Both the position numbers and the translations under genes were made by a program. From a virus (lineage: Duplodnaviria; Caudoviricetes), in IMG/VR virus record IMGVR_UViG_3300032303_000606, positions 1 to 54,906 of that record: a DNA stretch of 54,906 nucleotides. One strand, given 5' to 3'. Shown piece by piece: positions 19,101 to 25,971 of the stretch; the stretch's first letter is position 1, and each line of letters begins with the position of its first letter. The notes under the pieces are model-generated. The model saw nothing but the letters and a program-made list of their open reading frames with translations. It made no database searches and was not told the origin of the DNA.

Positions 19101-21236
19101 TCCAGGCGTACCTGATGAATCTTTCTTTTTTGCCCCGACAGCACCTTCAATTGTTCCGTCAGCGCTTCTAATTCCGTATGGGCCAATAGCGTTAAGACCT
19201 ATAGATGGAGTTTCTTTTAGGCCAAGAATTTCTTGAACAAGTTTTGCAAATCCTCTATCAAAGCCTTTTTCAATTTCAGTTTGAGTAATACCGATTGGCA
19301 CAAGTTGCAGAGCTCTTCCAGCCTTGTCTTCTGCTGCAGCGTCAGAACTGCTTTCATCCCTTTCAGCTGAGGCACCTTTGGTAGTCTCACTGCTCCAAAA
19401 CATTCCATTATCTTTTATTTTAGTTAGTGGAGTAGATGGGGATAGAATTGACTTATTTCCAGCTGCCCTTAATTCCTTGGCTCTAGTATTTGCCTTTTCG
19501 ACAGCAAGCATTACAGCTTCAAAAACCATCTGCAATTCTTCAGCCGTTACAGCAGCAATTTCATCACTTAATCCTTTACTTGCAGCATCGCTACTAACTG
19601 TATATATACCAGCTTTTTTATCTTTAGACTTGCTACCAAGCGATAGGATGTCAGTTAATTCTTTTGTGCTTTGGTTTGCGTCTCGTAGGTTTTTAGCCAT
19701 GTCTTCGCTAGCAGTAACAATAGAACCACTTGCTTCACTAGAATCACCTTTAACAAACTCACTATTAACAGCAGCTTCTGCAGAGCCTTTTTGTTTTTTA
19801 GTAGACCCTTTTTCATCATCTTCGACATAATTGCCAAATTCATCAATTAAATCTTCTAGGGCCTGTCTAAGTTCTGTTTCGCTATCGCTAGTATTTTCAA
19901 GTTGGCCTTTTAGCTCATCAATCATAGAGCTAAAGTCAGCCTTAGTATCTCTAAGAATTACTGCAATTCCACCTTGACCCTTAGAGGCTTTGTCAGCTTG
20001 TTCTTGAGAAACTTTATTAGGAAGTAGAAGACGCAGTGCTGGAATCATGAAGTTAGCAATAGCACCACCACCAGCCATTTGATTATCAAAAATAGTGCCA
20101 ATACTACTAGCACCTCTAGCGGCAGCAGTTTCTCTTGCAAGCTTTAAAATCTTATCTGCAGCTTCGTTAATTGCACCATACTGCTTGCCACCAAGTGGAG
20201 CAGTTGACCTAGTAGCTGGAAGATTTCCAGGATTCTTAACACCACTTTCAGATGGCCCCCTAGAACCCCGCATACCTTTAGTAATTTCTTTAACACCACT
20301 AGTTTTGCTTGTGCTAGCGTCAGATAAAACATCTAGCTCATCTGTAACCCAAAGCAAGTAGTCATGAGTCTTTTTAATTTTTTTAACGTAGTCTTCAACA
20401 ATTTTCTTGTCAGCTGCGCTTCCAGTCTTGTCAAGCTGTTTCTTTGCATCAGCATATTCTTGTCGCATCTTCTTTAAGGCACTAGATGTACGTTTTTGAA
20501 CATCTTTAAAGTCTTGGACTTGCGCCTTCATTGCCGCTACTACTTCAGGGCCACGCTCTAGTTTTTCAAGTTCTTTTAGAAGCGCTATTCTTTCTGAGGC
20601 CGCTTTTCTATTAGCCTTTGCTCTAGCCTCATTGGCTTTTTTAGTCTCTTCATACTCAACTTTAATTGCATTAAGAATATCTGGTGATTCAATTAATTTT
20701 TGAAGTTCTTTTTGAGCAACAGCAATTTCATCCATTTGCTTTGAAACACTAGCAGTAAGCTCTCTTCTTTCCTTCTGAAGTTTACCTAAAGCAGTTTTTA
20801 TAACTTCAATCTGAGTATTGATTACAGGACCCGGAGAGCTAGACTTTAGAAGAGCTTGTAATGCAATTTGTCTGTCAGCAATAAAACCATCAAGCTGCTT
20901 AATTCTTTTTTGAATAGTACCAATAGCACTAGGTGCAGCTTTCTGCAAAGCTGCTGGCACTTTTTCGGAAGCAAGGCCAGTTGTCTTAGTGTTTTTATCT
21001 CCAATTGAAACTTTAAGTTTATTGATTCTAGCTACAGATGCCTCAACCTTATCAAGGTCTTTTTGATACTTAGTATCAATTTTTACCTTTATTGGAGCAA
21101 CTTTAAAATTGATAGACTTAAGCTCTTCACGTACAACTCTAGCTTTTTTGCGAGCATCTGCGACAAAGGCAGCAAGCTCCTTGCTTGCTGCGCTTATATC
21201 TAACCCAAGGGATATATTAAAGTCTTCGCCAGCCAC
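10140..21236 (-). CDS. Giant tape measure protein (~3,698 aa) with internal DEDDh exonuclease domain
   Basis: Follows the chaperone pair; TP901-type TMP core at ~14200-15200; GPG.TSDS.P.MLS.GEYV motifs at C-terminus; GTG start after AGGAGA. Confidence 0.9.
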   Translation of the reverse strand: MAGEDFNISLGLDISAASKELAAFVADARKKARVVREELKSINFKVAPIKVKIDTKYQKDLDKVEASVARINKLKVSIGDKNTKTTGLASEKVPAALQKAAPSAIGTIQKRIKQLDGFIADRQIALQALLKSSSPGPVINTQIEVIKTALGKLQKERRELTASVSKQMDEIAVAQKELQKLIESPDILNAIKVEYEETKKANEARAKANRKAASERIALLKELEKLERGPEVVAAMKAQVQDFKDVQKRTSSALKKMRQEYADAKKQLDKTGSAADKKIVEDYVKKIKKTHDYLLWVTDELDVLSDASTSKTSGVKEITKGMRGSRGPSESGVKNPGNLPATRSTAPLGGKQYGAINEAADKILKLARETAAARGASSIGTIFDNQMAGGGAIANFMIPALRLLLPNKVSQEQADKASKGQGGIAVILRDTKADFSSMIDELKGQLENTSDSETELRQALEDLIDEFGNYVEDDEKGSTKKQKGSAEAAVNSEFVKGDSSEASGSIVTASEDMAKNLRDANQSTKELTDILSLGSKSKDKKAGIYTVSSDAASKGLSDEIAAVTAEELQMVFEAVMLAVEKANTRAKELRAAGNKSILSPSTPLTKIKDNGMFWSSETTKGASAERDESSSDAAAEDKAGRALQLVPIGITQTEIEKGFDRGFAKLVQEILGLKETPSIGLNAIGPYGIRSADGTIEGAVGAKKKDSSGTPGSKDIAAVARIIGPDSALTKVIQNILQKVNEGLTNPKLEPQLSMLSEDFTPMEWKALGEQDIVDIHMSLQSLQEEFLNTVLYFAALTQDNKIRTDTGQTRQDTTTPDSMSLLPGSSQSNPQLDTFFKLFNSTRTSGTKKVTALNADGSPMLNDFGEPITKEIKNIFDDFTEGVSPVVTALRYLSKVFEDIYKIPMAGNLGKTGKFNELGLPSASGTESTYAQAFMKNRNGFIADMLKASAPMVSVGKKDSTDKAGGAELPIEKLNGILEKLDRTTDGPAYGLKGTMDDGSQVDVNNFLLNEMANIFAKSSAAVTQGRITTDTGVRQGPISYGPMDAIRAKYGETVNGLTAGLAPGVSRAEQAGADTAQGFIDGYEGTMEIESPSKRMKRSGDNTIDGLEEGLFDGIARLDKAGRELADSFHTGWSEEARVSAAELIQKLEKEGTDAAKARIQNGLKMMRSAPPVPEQQTSTLPSMRTEEERKRLADVGRAAGAGTPPYVPPAKSPGFKLSTQEEIERRNAENLKLLDIARAKAEDILVALDIETTGISRDKDTGKTNRARVFGYSVVAGAGEFSREPGALPGTPVVTPSMTGVAHGMLVPPKDGTRFSMGAADALGLLGTGKNITTDILPNLIKRITSLGYGKEKTTGSEQEYVNQLEDIAHILRKLYDESIPLAIHSQPLSDLTTLGKEFAHYGIAAPTAGQFKDKGLLVETQSMGKMLGGYMRDLSGKVAGKVGAMYELLTGKTMGAELIPPVGNTPKLADKTAVAHDPTIDTAATLVNAFTMRNAAGQAGMSKPDLLGKSVQLLGATWQKVSDAIWGSRKFAPKEDPQKYVTGSPTEMKSFKRQEAVHGGQLQPPYGPQQAPAPKPAVEPVVPAQDPQQAAQEAGDAAARQQKLIDDLEKEKARIRKLKAQAEFQYEVDLLEEDQSRLKLLLADLDNIMKTQGKSASPQQAKDVLALRAKIAKKMAERPDVADAYQRQIQANGGIRSMELDAGGDWQNRFRAKKPRIPKSDLQKQLEKQIKETQAEIDTQLGTQTQAQPKTPRIPGSVIAAPLAELQAAEQRIQKSLTSAVASGLGPTLISRLEQELAYVQKSIKSGPVGKRRMRDGNGQLTSAEVDVFAAEGVRGAKDRVAGKSQITNIKKQLLAELKVAEEKGYTETIQAVSQLIAELDASVASGPVGKYKNGRDAFELPDGIRKRKQKDDTKLPNLEGTAAPGAYDNVTHQSWMDQGIEAEAKKRKAASEMIKGQMKGEMTVMAQVEKYNRKMMDSWISGRYALYDVANTYQQFQRVLMSVGREFQKAVQTFASYETSFTSVERAMQPLPDEFAGMRNEIVKLTGELPVAFDELSKITTLGAQMGIKADGITNFTEQVTKFSAITGLASDTVAQKFGRIAQLAKVPSEDFDKLGSAVAFAGVNAVATDEEILTLTENIAAAANNSGFAADEVVGLATAMSSLGIAPEQARGVITRLFGDINRAVEGGGKPLDAYAKHLGMSASQAKELWKSDPQGFFKAMLDGLKNSKNMTGALDGLNIKETREVSTLQKLANNMDVYNQSMADAQESYANGSFLSDSYAKTQDNLATKMELMNNQLKMLQDAFGQALSPAVGLAVDAINWLITSMNEWSKNPMAKVAMQIIAGIAGLIAVMVTYKMISMKATAATLAFRTAQVSLSKISGQDTGLNGFRKMLMGQEQLIIRSNGRIEVASKKRIKEMEAAGEIKIAPRGSSEDLTLRAGADARRAGFDSTKGMIDQKSGMAQATLTSNQDTIATLENTDAKVANTTATEANGAAAMTEAEAKTASALATQEEIAVIGEQISIKQAALALLENEILVKEASLGATTGNTVATEASIAASRADAAAIQGEIIALESKQAALAGTNVAQAETVALMTAGESITNKFGGALTKLTMAAGAISVVLMAVSAISSYIEGLKVNLEEAGGGIASFREAIYKDTSAWKDGADAIGTYKSKVTTQQKQITTWAESMQNATGSVVELDDKVTHVTESVKNQTLALGENSKEWLAQAVMKDDVVQKKFESWFDQGLDLDALAQQANVKISDMIGMALADPGKGAQDYLSAWFADGLIPKQYRDQLYGDLNDIAAALDGTTEAGLRNTKIWKALKGATGAAGDGLDEFDNNLNETIKRVYTLTDYVGDLSTIIGAAFTIRYGSVEAVDKLETSWAGVSDRLSEAKKQMQAINQEISAMTADKNILEYQLNIALKYGDTLRADKIRAELDTKRSEITNKQAEYNKAAEDASTGLTGNSRGAIANRDTILGLVGDYNSELAALANEYSKYTGKNQKADRDRIKAKADSLKSEFKTKAMGLGFAENELAPYVKSFEDFKTIVNKLPNTLTLKVVADPGTRAFMEWWAKSSENPANQTSTKDTSKTDKKKKKGQSGKVVGYNPSTTPIEDLKPTAVRGPTQAQQAGGFWYDVGNVGLNAINLAVQPINFAASAFTPSSWNGESSYMGNVERNWYAGNGGSKDNIWGSNKGKSKWTGYDAEYQQADYEKRLATWNKKHALPTGYKESDRAGLAAKHRKMYPGHYNPYDGSVNFYKEPPIVKKFGRPLADLASVHAALNPGKYNPYTQVVNPINLSAAQKKAASAWKDAKSLAELGKEHEKLYPGEYNPYTHSVNAGVIDISKSNNKQFADYLQHGGKSTDPMYVKNVNEALYKNAKDSPKDGWGNMREGWKLAGYNERGDAVYEYEKKAMGGFVGKRYESGGKVFGPGSGTSDSVPAMLSSGEYVIKADAAKALGPYVLNAINKGNLPANKKPNPVGKDWTQILGEWFGKQMDSKWKARNNKDQNRGETHGELGRIKSLDKYSNARIDSSLHSWRQQMRSTGEISMRPTRMPSFVGGMLGGSFGGGGLLDRNNMSSGGLVTGPGSSTSDSVPKMLSNGEYVVNARAVKTYGIDFLNALNRMQSYRQSYGSQQSASSGSGNIVVELSPEAVNQLMAMSNRPINLYSDDRQIATSANRGNRLLAMRGSN

Positions 21237-21271
21237 GCTTCTCCTAAATGGATTCAATATGTATACACATA

Positions 21272-21694
21272 TTATACACTATCTCTTTCCATTAAAGATT
21301 GCAAATATGACCTGCGAGTAGGCATAGGCCCATCATCATAGGTATAAGCAACAATATATGGAGTCTCACCATAACTCTTACGTGTTTTCTTGTTTTCTTT
21401 TTCACTCCACTTATCAAGCTCAGCTTTAGCAAAGCATTTGCCAACTTTAACTTTAAAGCCAACATTATTTGCTTCTTCATTTCTGCACACCCAGATTGGA
21501 TTACCACACTCATTACAAGTTTCATCCTCAAGCATTTGATAAGCTTCAAGAAGTAAAAAGTCAAAAGGAACCCAAGGGTCGCTAGGCTGTTCATGGAACA
21601 GCATAGCGGATGGGCGAATACCGTTTATTACACCAGTTTTAATCTTAACAAGGTAAGGGCGATTGCCCGGCCATGTTAAGACCTCGGTAAAAAA
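21272..21694 (-). CDS. Tail assembly chaperone, -1 frameshift extension (gpT-like)
   Basis: The -1 frame is open from the slippery site at 21688-21694 into the 21272..21604 ORF. Confidence 0.8.
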   Translation of the reverse strand, partial: FFTEVLTWPGNRPYLVKIKTGVINGIRPSAMLFHEQPSDPWVPFDFLLLEAYQMLEDETCNECGNPIWVCRNEEANNVGFKVKVGKCFAKAELDKWSEKENKKTRKSYGETPYIVAYTYDDGPMPTRRSYLQSLMERDSV

Positions 21695-22314
21695 CCTGCG
21701 TCAGTTAGCTGTTCAAAATAGCCGCTAGCAAGAGTTAGCTTTTGCATGTTCTCAACAAGCACATTCCAAGAATCTGCAGCAACAAGCTCACGCATCTCAA
21801 GCATCTCTTCAGTAGTAAAAACATGCTCGTCAACATTACCATCAGCATCAATTACTCTAACAATGTTTTGTGCTACTAGAGCTGAAATATAGTACTTAAC
21901 CCAATCAGGATTATCAGTTGCTTCGCGACGACCTTCTTCTGGCGGATATTTTTCATTAGTCTTCTTTATGACATCTTCAACAATCTTCTGACTTACTCCA
22001 CGCATCACAAAAGTAACAGCAGACTTCTTTAGCTTTTCAGCAAGCTCTTCAGACTTAGCTTCATTTTTCGCTAGCTCTTCTTCATCAATATAACCATTCA
22101 TTAGGTCATTAAGTTCAGCAAGCTGGAATGCTGTATCCGAGTCAAGGTAAATAGTAGCTTCCTTAGTTGGATATCCTCTACCTTTAATAACTTCACTCAA
22201 GTTAAATACGCCCTGTGACTGTGCTGTGTCGACAATTTTTAGAATCTGCTCAGCAGCTTCATTTGGCTGTGGGATTGCTGCAGTCTCTTCTGCAGTAGTA
22301 ATTTCTTCGCTCAT
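21676..22314 (-). CDS. Tail assembly chaperone (gpG-like)
   Basis: Lies between major tail and tape measure genes; acidic; slippery site at 3' end. Confidence 0.82.
   Translation of the reverse strand: MSEEITTAEETAAIPQPNEAAEQILKIVDTAQSQGVFNLSEVIKGRGYPTKEATIYLDSDTAFQLAELNDLMNGYIDEEELAKNEAKSEELAEKLKKSAVTFVMRGVSQKIVEDVIKKTNEKYPPEEGRREATDNPDWVKYYISALVAQNIVRVIDADGNVDEHVFTTEEMLEMRELVAADSWNVLVENMQKLTLASGYFEQLTDAGFLPRS
21688..21694 (-). promoter_or_regulatory. Programmed -1 frameshift heptamer U UUU UUA
   Basis: GGT TTT TTA at the end of the chaperone ORF; downstream stem TCTTAACA/TGTTAAGA enclosing GGGC-AATC-GCCC. Confidence 0.82.
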
Positions 22315-22362
22315 TATTGCGCCTTTCAAAATAGTTTATTCGCACATTAAGGGGGGGTTTAA

Positions 22363-22403
22363 GGTCGGAGCAGGGCAAATGGGCGCAAGTCCCTGCCCCG
22401 ACC
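22363..22403 (-). promoter_or_regulatory. Stem-loop whose loop is complementary to the chaperone RBS
   Basis: GGTCGGGGCAGGGAC-TTGCGCCCATTT-GCCCTGCTCCGACC; loop complements AAAGGCGCAA at 22317-22326. Confidence 0.6.
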
Positions 22404-22415
22404 AGTCTAATTAGA

Positions 22416-23726
22416 CTAAGCTAGAACAACATTCTTGCCAAGCTTACCCTGTGGGGCAAAGTTGACCATGAACTTAATGCTGTCTTCACCTTCGGTGTTT
22501 TCTTTTACAGCGTCTGCAGTAAACTTGTAAATAGATACAACATCAGAAGCAGCATAAACGCTTGTAGCAGTCTTGTTTACACGTACAGTCAAGTAGCCAG
22601 TAGGACGAGTTGAACCTGTTGAAAGGTAGAAAGTGTCCCATGCTAGAGTCTGTGCGTTGAAGAAAGTTGCAATGTCGCCAGCTACAAGTAAAGTAGCATT
22701 TGCTCCGCTTAGGGTAACGGTTGTATTTGGGCTTGAGTAGCTAACAGCAGTAACAGTTAGGTCCTTGAATCTGGTAGTCAAGCCATCAGCAGACATAACT
22801 TTAACGCTCATACCAACTTCAACCTTAGAGGTGATGTCAGTAGAAACAACAAAGGTACTTGCTGCAGCAGCACCGGAAACAACAGTTGCTGTGCTAGTTG
22901 ACTTAGGGCTACGGAAGAAGTTCAGCATACCTGACATCTGAGCAAAACCACGAGTCTGAACCTGTCCTTCATCCAAAATTGAACGGTCTTCAATCTTGTT
23001 TGAGTCCTGGTTACCAAGCTCAAAGCTATCCCAAGCAATAGCTTCGGTTAGGTCATAAGACTTAGTAGTATCTGCAAGGATAGTCAAAGCAGTACCAGTT
23101 AGGAAAGTTGATTCAGTAGTTACGTTAGCAACAGGAGTCCAAGAAACCTTAATCTTACCGTTAGAAGTAGTCTTAGTTCCAGTTGTTGCAGCAGTAGTAC
23201 CAAAGGCAGTTGCAGTACCAGTTGGAACAGTGTAGTTAAGCTTAACCTTACCAGTTGTCAAGAATCTTGCACCAAAGCGAATCATTTCGCCATCGCCAAA
23301 AATATCTACTGGATAGTCTGTCTTAACACCAAAGATGCTAATAAGGTCACCACCAACAAGGGTATCACTGTGAAGCTTTCCAACGCGCTTGATTAGGTAG
23401 TACTCAGTATCTACAGTGTTGAACAAGTCGCGGAACTTGTTGTAAACAGAAGTTGCTGTAAGACTCTGGTCACGGAAGCCATCAAGAGATGCCTCGTAAT
23501 TAAAGTAGGTTGGAGTTGTTACGTCAGCATTGTCAACCAAGCTGAGTGAGTTATCTGACTGTGAATCTGTTTGGTTTAGAGTGTAGTCATCTGTAACTGC
23601 GGCAGAGATGTTGAAAACCTTAGTTGAGCTTGTGAGTTCTGCAAAAGTTGGGTTCTTCCAGTCAGCAAAAGCATCTGAGCTTGCAACGTATATGCCCACA
23701 TTTGGGCGTAGCATTTTACTAGGCAT
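22416..23726 (-). CDS. Major tail (tube) protein with tandem-duplicated tube domain
   Basis: Position in tail module; two homologous halves; codon usage typical of high expression. Confidence 0.85.
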   Translation of the reverse strand: MPSKMLRPNVGIYVASSDAFADWKNPTFAELTSSTKVFNISAAVTDDYTLNQTDSQSDNSLSLVDNADVTTPTYFNYEASLDGFRDQSLTATSVYNKFRDLFNTVDTEYYLIKRVGKLHSDTLVGGDLISIFGVKTDYPVDIFGDGEMIRFGARFLTTGKVKLNYTVPTGTATAFGTTAATTGTKTTSNGKIKVSWTPVANVTTESTFLTGTALTILADTTKSYDLTEAIAWDSFELGNQDSNKIEDRSILDEGQVQTRGFAQMSGMLNFFRSPKSTSTATVVSGAAAASTFVVSTDITSKVEVGMSVKVMSADGLTTRFKDLTVTAVSYSSPNTTVTLSGANATLLVAGDIATFFNAQTLAWDTFYLSTGSTRPTGYLTVRVNKTATSVYAASDVVSIYKFTADAVKENTEGEDSIKFMVNFAPQGKLGKNVVLA

Positions 23727-23729
23727 TAT

Positions 23730-23915
23730 TTATTCCTCGTTCTCGGTGGATGTTCCAAAGGAGAAACCCTTGGCTTTTTTAGTTTTTGTTTCAGCTCCTG
23801 GAGCGTCAACGTCTGAATCTAGCGGAGCAAGGTAAGCACCTAGAATTGGGTGCTCTAGGTAATGCTCTGGTACTTCTACCTCTTCGCCAGTAAGTGTGTT
23901 AATATAAGTTGCCAT
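23730..23915 (-). CDS. Small hypothetical protein upstream of the major tail gene
   Basis: AGGAAAGG RBS; preceded by TGGTATCAT extended -10. Confidence 0.75.
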   Translation of the reverse strand: MATYINTLTGEEVEVPEHYLEHPILGAYLAPLDSDVDAPGAETKTKKAKGFSFGTSTENEE

Positions 23916-23936
23916 TATAGACCTTTCCTATCTTTA

Positions 23937-24368
23937 CTATGATACCACATCTGTATTAACATAATAAATAAATGTTATTTCAGATATGTATTTTATTGGT
24001 TTTACGGAGTTATCAAATACTAGGGAACCAGTATTTGGAGCCGGTGTTAGTTCACTGGCATTTACTGGCTTGAATCCAGTAAGTTTATTTAAAACAAGGT
24101 CAGCTACCTGCCTTGCAGAACGTTCTGTTGGCCCAACGCAGGCTACTGAAACAAAGCTTTCACCTAAGTCTTGGCGCACAGATAAAATTCCTCTACCAAC
24201 CATAGCTCTAGAATATCCGCCAAAAAGTGGCACAATAAAAGGAAGCATTTGACCGGCAGAGTATTGAAGTATGTCATCTGTTGGAAAAGTATTTTCATAA
24301 ACAGTTTGTGGAAGCTCTTTAAGCTTCACAGTTATAGCATCTTGGGTAGGAAGTAGGGATAAACTCAT
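23937..24368 (-). CDS. Tail terminator-like protein
   Basis: Synteny, size, and V.CVG....AR..AD.V...L.G pattern. Confidence 0.65.
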   Translation of the reverse strand: MSLSLLPTQDAITVKLKELPQTVYENTFPTDDILQYSAGQMLPFIVPLFGGYSRAMVGRGILSVRQDLGESFVSVACVGPTERSARQVADLVLNKLTGFKPVNASELTPAPNTGSLVFDNSVKPIKYISEITFIYYVNTDVVS

Positions 24369-24904
24369 TTCTTACCTTTCTTATAAAATCTAGACATTTC
24401 TGAATCAATCTGTTTACGAACAACAATCATAGCTCGCCTTGTTGCATGCATACCACGCTTAACATTGCTTCCAGGCATTTCAGAACCATATTCCTGCATT
24501 GCAAAATAGTTCTTGTCGCTAGCCCAAGGTTTAAAGTTAGGACTTCTCATCATATCAATTTTAGCAGAATATTTGCTTGAAGGTCGAACATTTCTAATGT
24601 TACCAAATGTTCCTTCAGCATATGGAAAACCAAAACTAGCTTTATATGCCTTAGTTGCTGGGTCCCACTTAGGTCTACTAAATGAAACAGACTCCAGCAT
24701 TTTTCCCGTCTCAACACGTGCACCATAAGCATTACCTCGTCTACGGTTAGCCTGCACATGCCATTGCGTGCCTGTAGGTGAGCCACCTAAAATAAATTTA
24801 CGTGTCTCAATAGCACCGGTTCTAGCAGCACGTCCAATAATGCGTCTAATCTTCTCAACTTCTTGCTCAAGTTTTTCCTCAAGCCCAAATGAACTCTTAG
24901 GCAT
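24365..24904 (-). CDS. Neck protein (HK97 gp10-like)
   Basis: Basic; ARVETGKMLES and YF.MQEYGS motifs; synteny. Confidence 0.65.
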   Translation of the reverse strand: MPKSSFGLEEKLEQEVEKIRRIIGRAARTGAIETRKFILGGSPTGTQWHVQANRRRGNAYGARVETGKMLESVSFSRPKWDPATKAYKASFGFPYAEGTFGNIRNVRPSSKYSAKIDMMRSPNFKPWASDKNYFAMQEYGSEMPGSNVKRGMHATRRAMIVVRKQIDSEMSRFYKKGKK

Positions 24905-25370
24905 AGTTAGGCTTTATGTCTTGATTAACTTCACAAACAATACCACGTGACCATGTATTTGAGCTGTTAATTACTGATTTAACTGAATATGTAAAATTTA
25001 ACATTTGCGCGTCAGCTGGTGAAGCAGTTACTTTAACTTCATGGCCTGGGCGAATATCTGCAATGGTGTGATTAAATCCTGTAATATCATTTCTCATGAT
25101 ATTAAAAAACATTGCAACATCTTTAGTTGATGCTGGAAGAAAATCATTACTACCTTCAGCTGCAGTAAAAGGTCGGTTTGGCTGTATTCTAGCCCAGCCT
25201 TTATAGAGTATGGTTGGAGTACCGCTCCAAGTATTGTTTGTTGCATTATAAACTTTATCAACATTGTTTGGTTTAAAAATTTGTATATATGCTAAAGCAA
25301 ACCCATCCTCAACTGGACGATGATGAGTTGTCCAACGTGGGTCCAAAACTGGACGACTATTTAAAGCCAA
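24897..25370 (-). CDS. Head-to-tail stopper-like protein
   Basis: LYKGWARIQP motif; synteny. Confidence 0.65.
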   Translation of the reverse strand: MALNSRPVLDPRWTTHHRPVEDGFALAYIQIFKPNNVDKVYNATNNTWSGTPTILYKGWARIQPNRPFTAAEGSNDFLPASTKDVAMFFNIMRNDITGFNHTIADIRPGHEVKVTASPADAQMLNFTYSVKSVINSSNTWSRGIVCEVNQDIKPNYA

Positions 25371-25756
25371 TCGTTATCCCACTTTTCTGTAGGGCTAGCA
25401 ACAATAAATGTTTCAAATGAATCATACATATCATCTTCGCGAGCCTCGTCTTGAAGCTGCTTAGCCTGTGCACGAAGTTCAGCGCCTAGCTTAGCTCCAT
25501 CAGTAGAGAAGTCATAGGTCTTAATAACTTTGCTAATTAAGGCTTCAGAGGTTGCCAAGGCAAGCTTTGCGGCAGCGGCAGCTCTTTTAATATTGTTGCT
25601 ATAAAGCGTAATGAAAGCTTGAATTTGAGCATCATTAAAAATATAAGACGAAGCCGCAGTAAGGTCTTTAGGATTTTCTAACTGTTCCGTATCTGGAATA
25701 AGTAGGCGAACCTGACCAATAGCAGTTGAATAATTTGGGGGAGTAGTATCTGACAT
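25361..25756 (-). CDS. Head-to-tail adaptor
   Basis: GQVRLLIPD...FNDAQIQAF...AAA pattern; likely leaderless (TACAAT-6 nt-ATG). Confidence 0.75.
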   Translation of the reverse strand: MSDTTPPNYSTAIGQVRLLIPDTEQLENPKDLTAASSYIFNDAQIQAFITLYSNNIKRAAAAAKLALATSEALISKVIKTYDFSTDGAKLGAELRAQAKQLQDEAREDDMYDSFETFIVASPTEKWDNDWL

Positions 25757-25779
25757 GTATCTATTGTACCTTATCTTTT

Positions 25780-25971
25780 TTAACTAATGATTGCATTAAT
25801 CTCATCTTCAGTTAAACCTAATTTTTCTAATTTAGCTAAAGCTGATTGCCTAATAGCTAATGCTTCAGTTTCTTGTCTAGTAGATTCTTCTCTTGCTGCG
25901 ATTTCTTCTAGAGTTTCATCTCTTTCAGTTATTTCTCCAGTTTCACAGTTTATATCAGTTATTTTATTCAT
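25780..25971 (-). CDS. Small fibre-associated protein (chaperone-like)
   Basis: N..TGE..ER..T.EE and KL.KLGLTEDE pattern commonly found after fibre genes. Confidence 0.65.
   Translation of the reverse strand: MNKITDINCETGEITERDETLEEIAAREESTRQETEALAIRQSALAKLEKLGLTEDEINAIIS

Noticed and set aside
15200-21236. N4-like virion RNA polymerase within the giant protein, suggested by its size and the GNA hairpins
   Set aside because: I found no convincing T7-type motifs A/B/C or DxDGD motif; gene position and core domain indicate a tape measure protein
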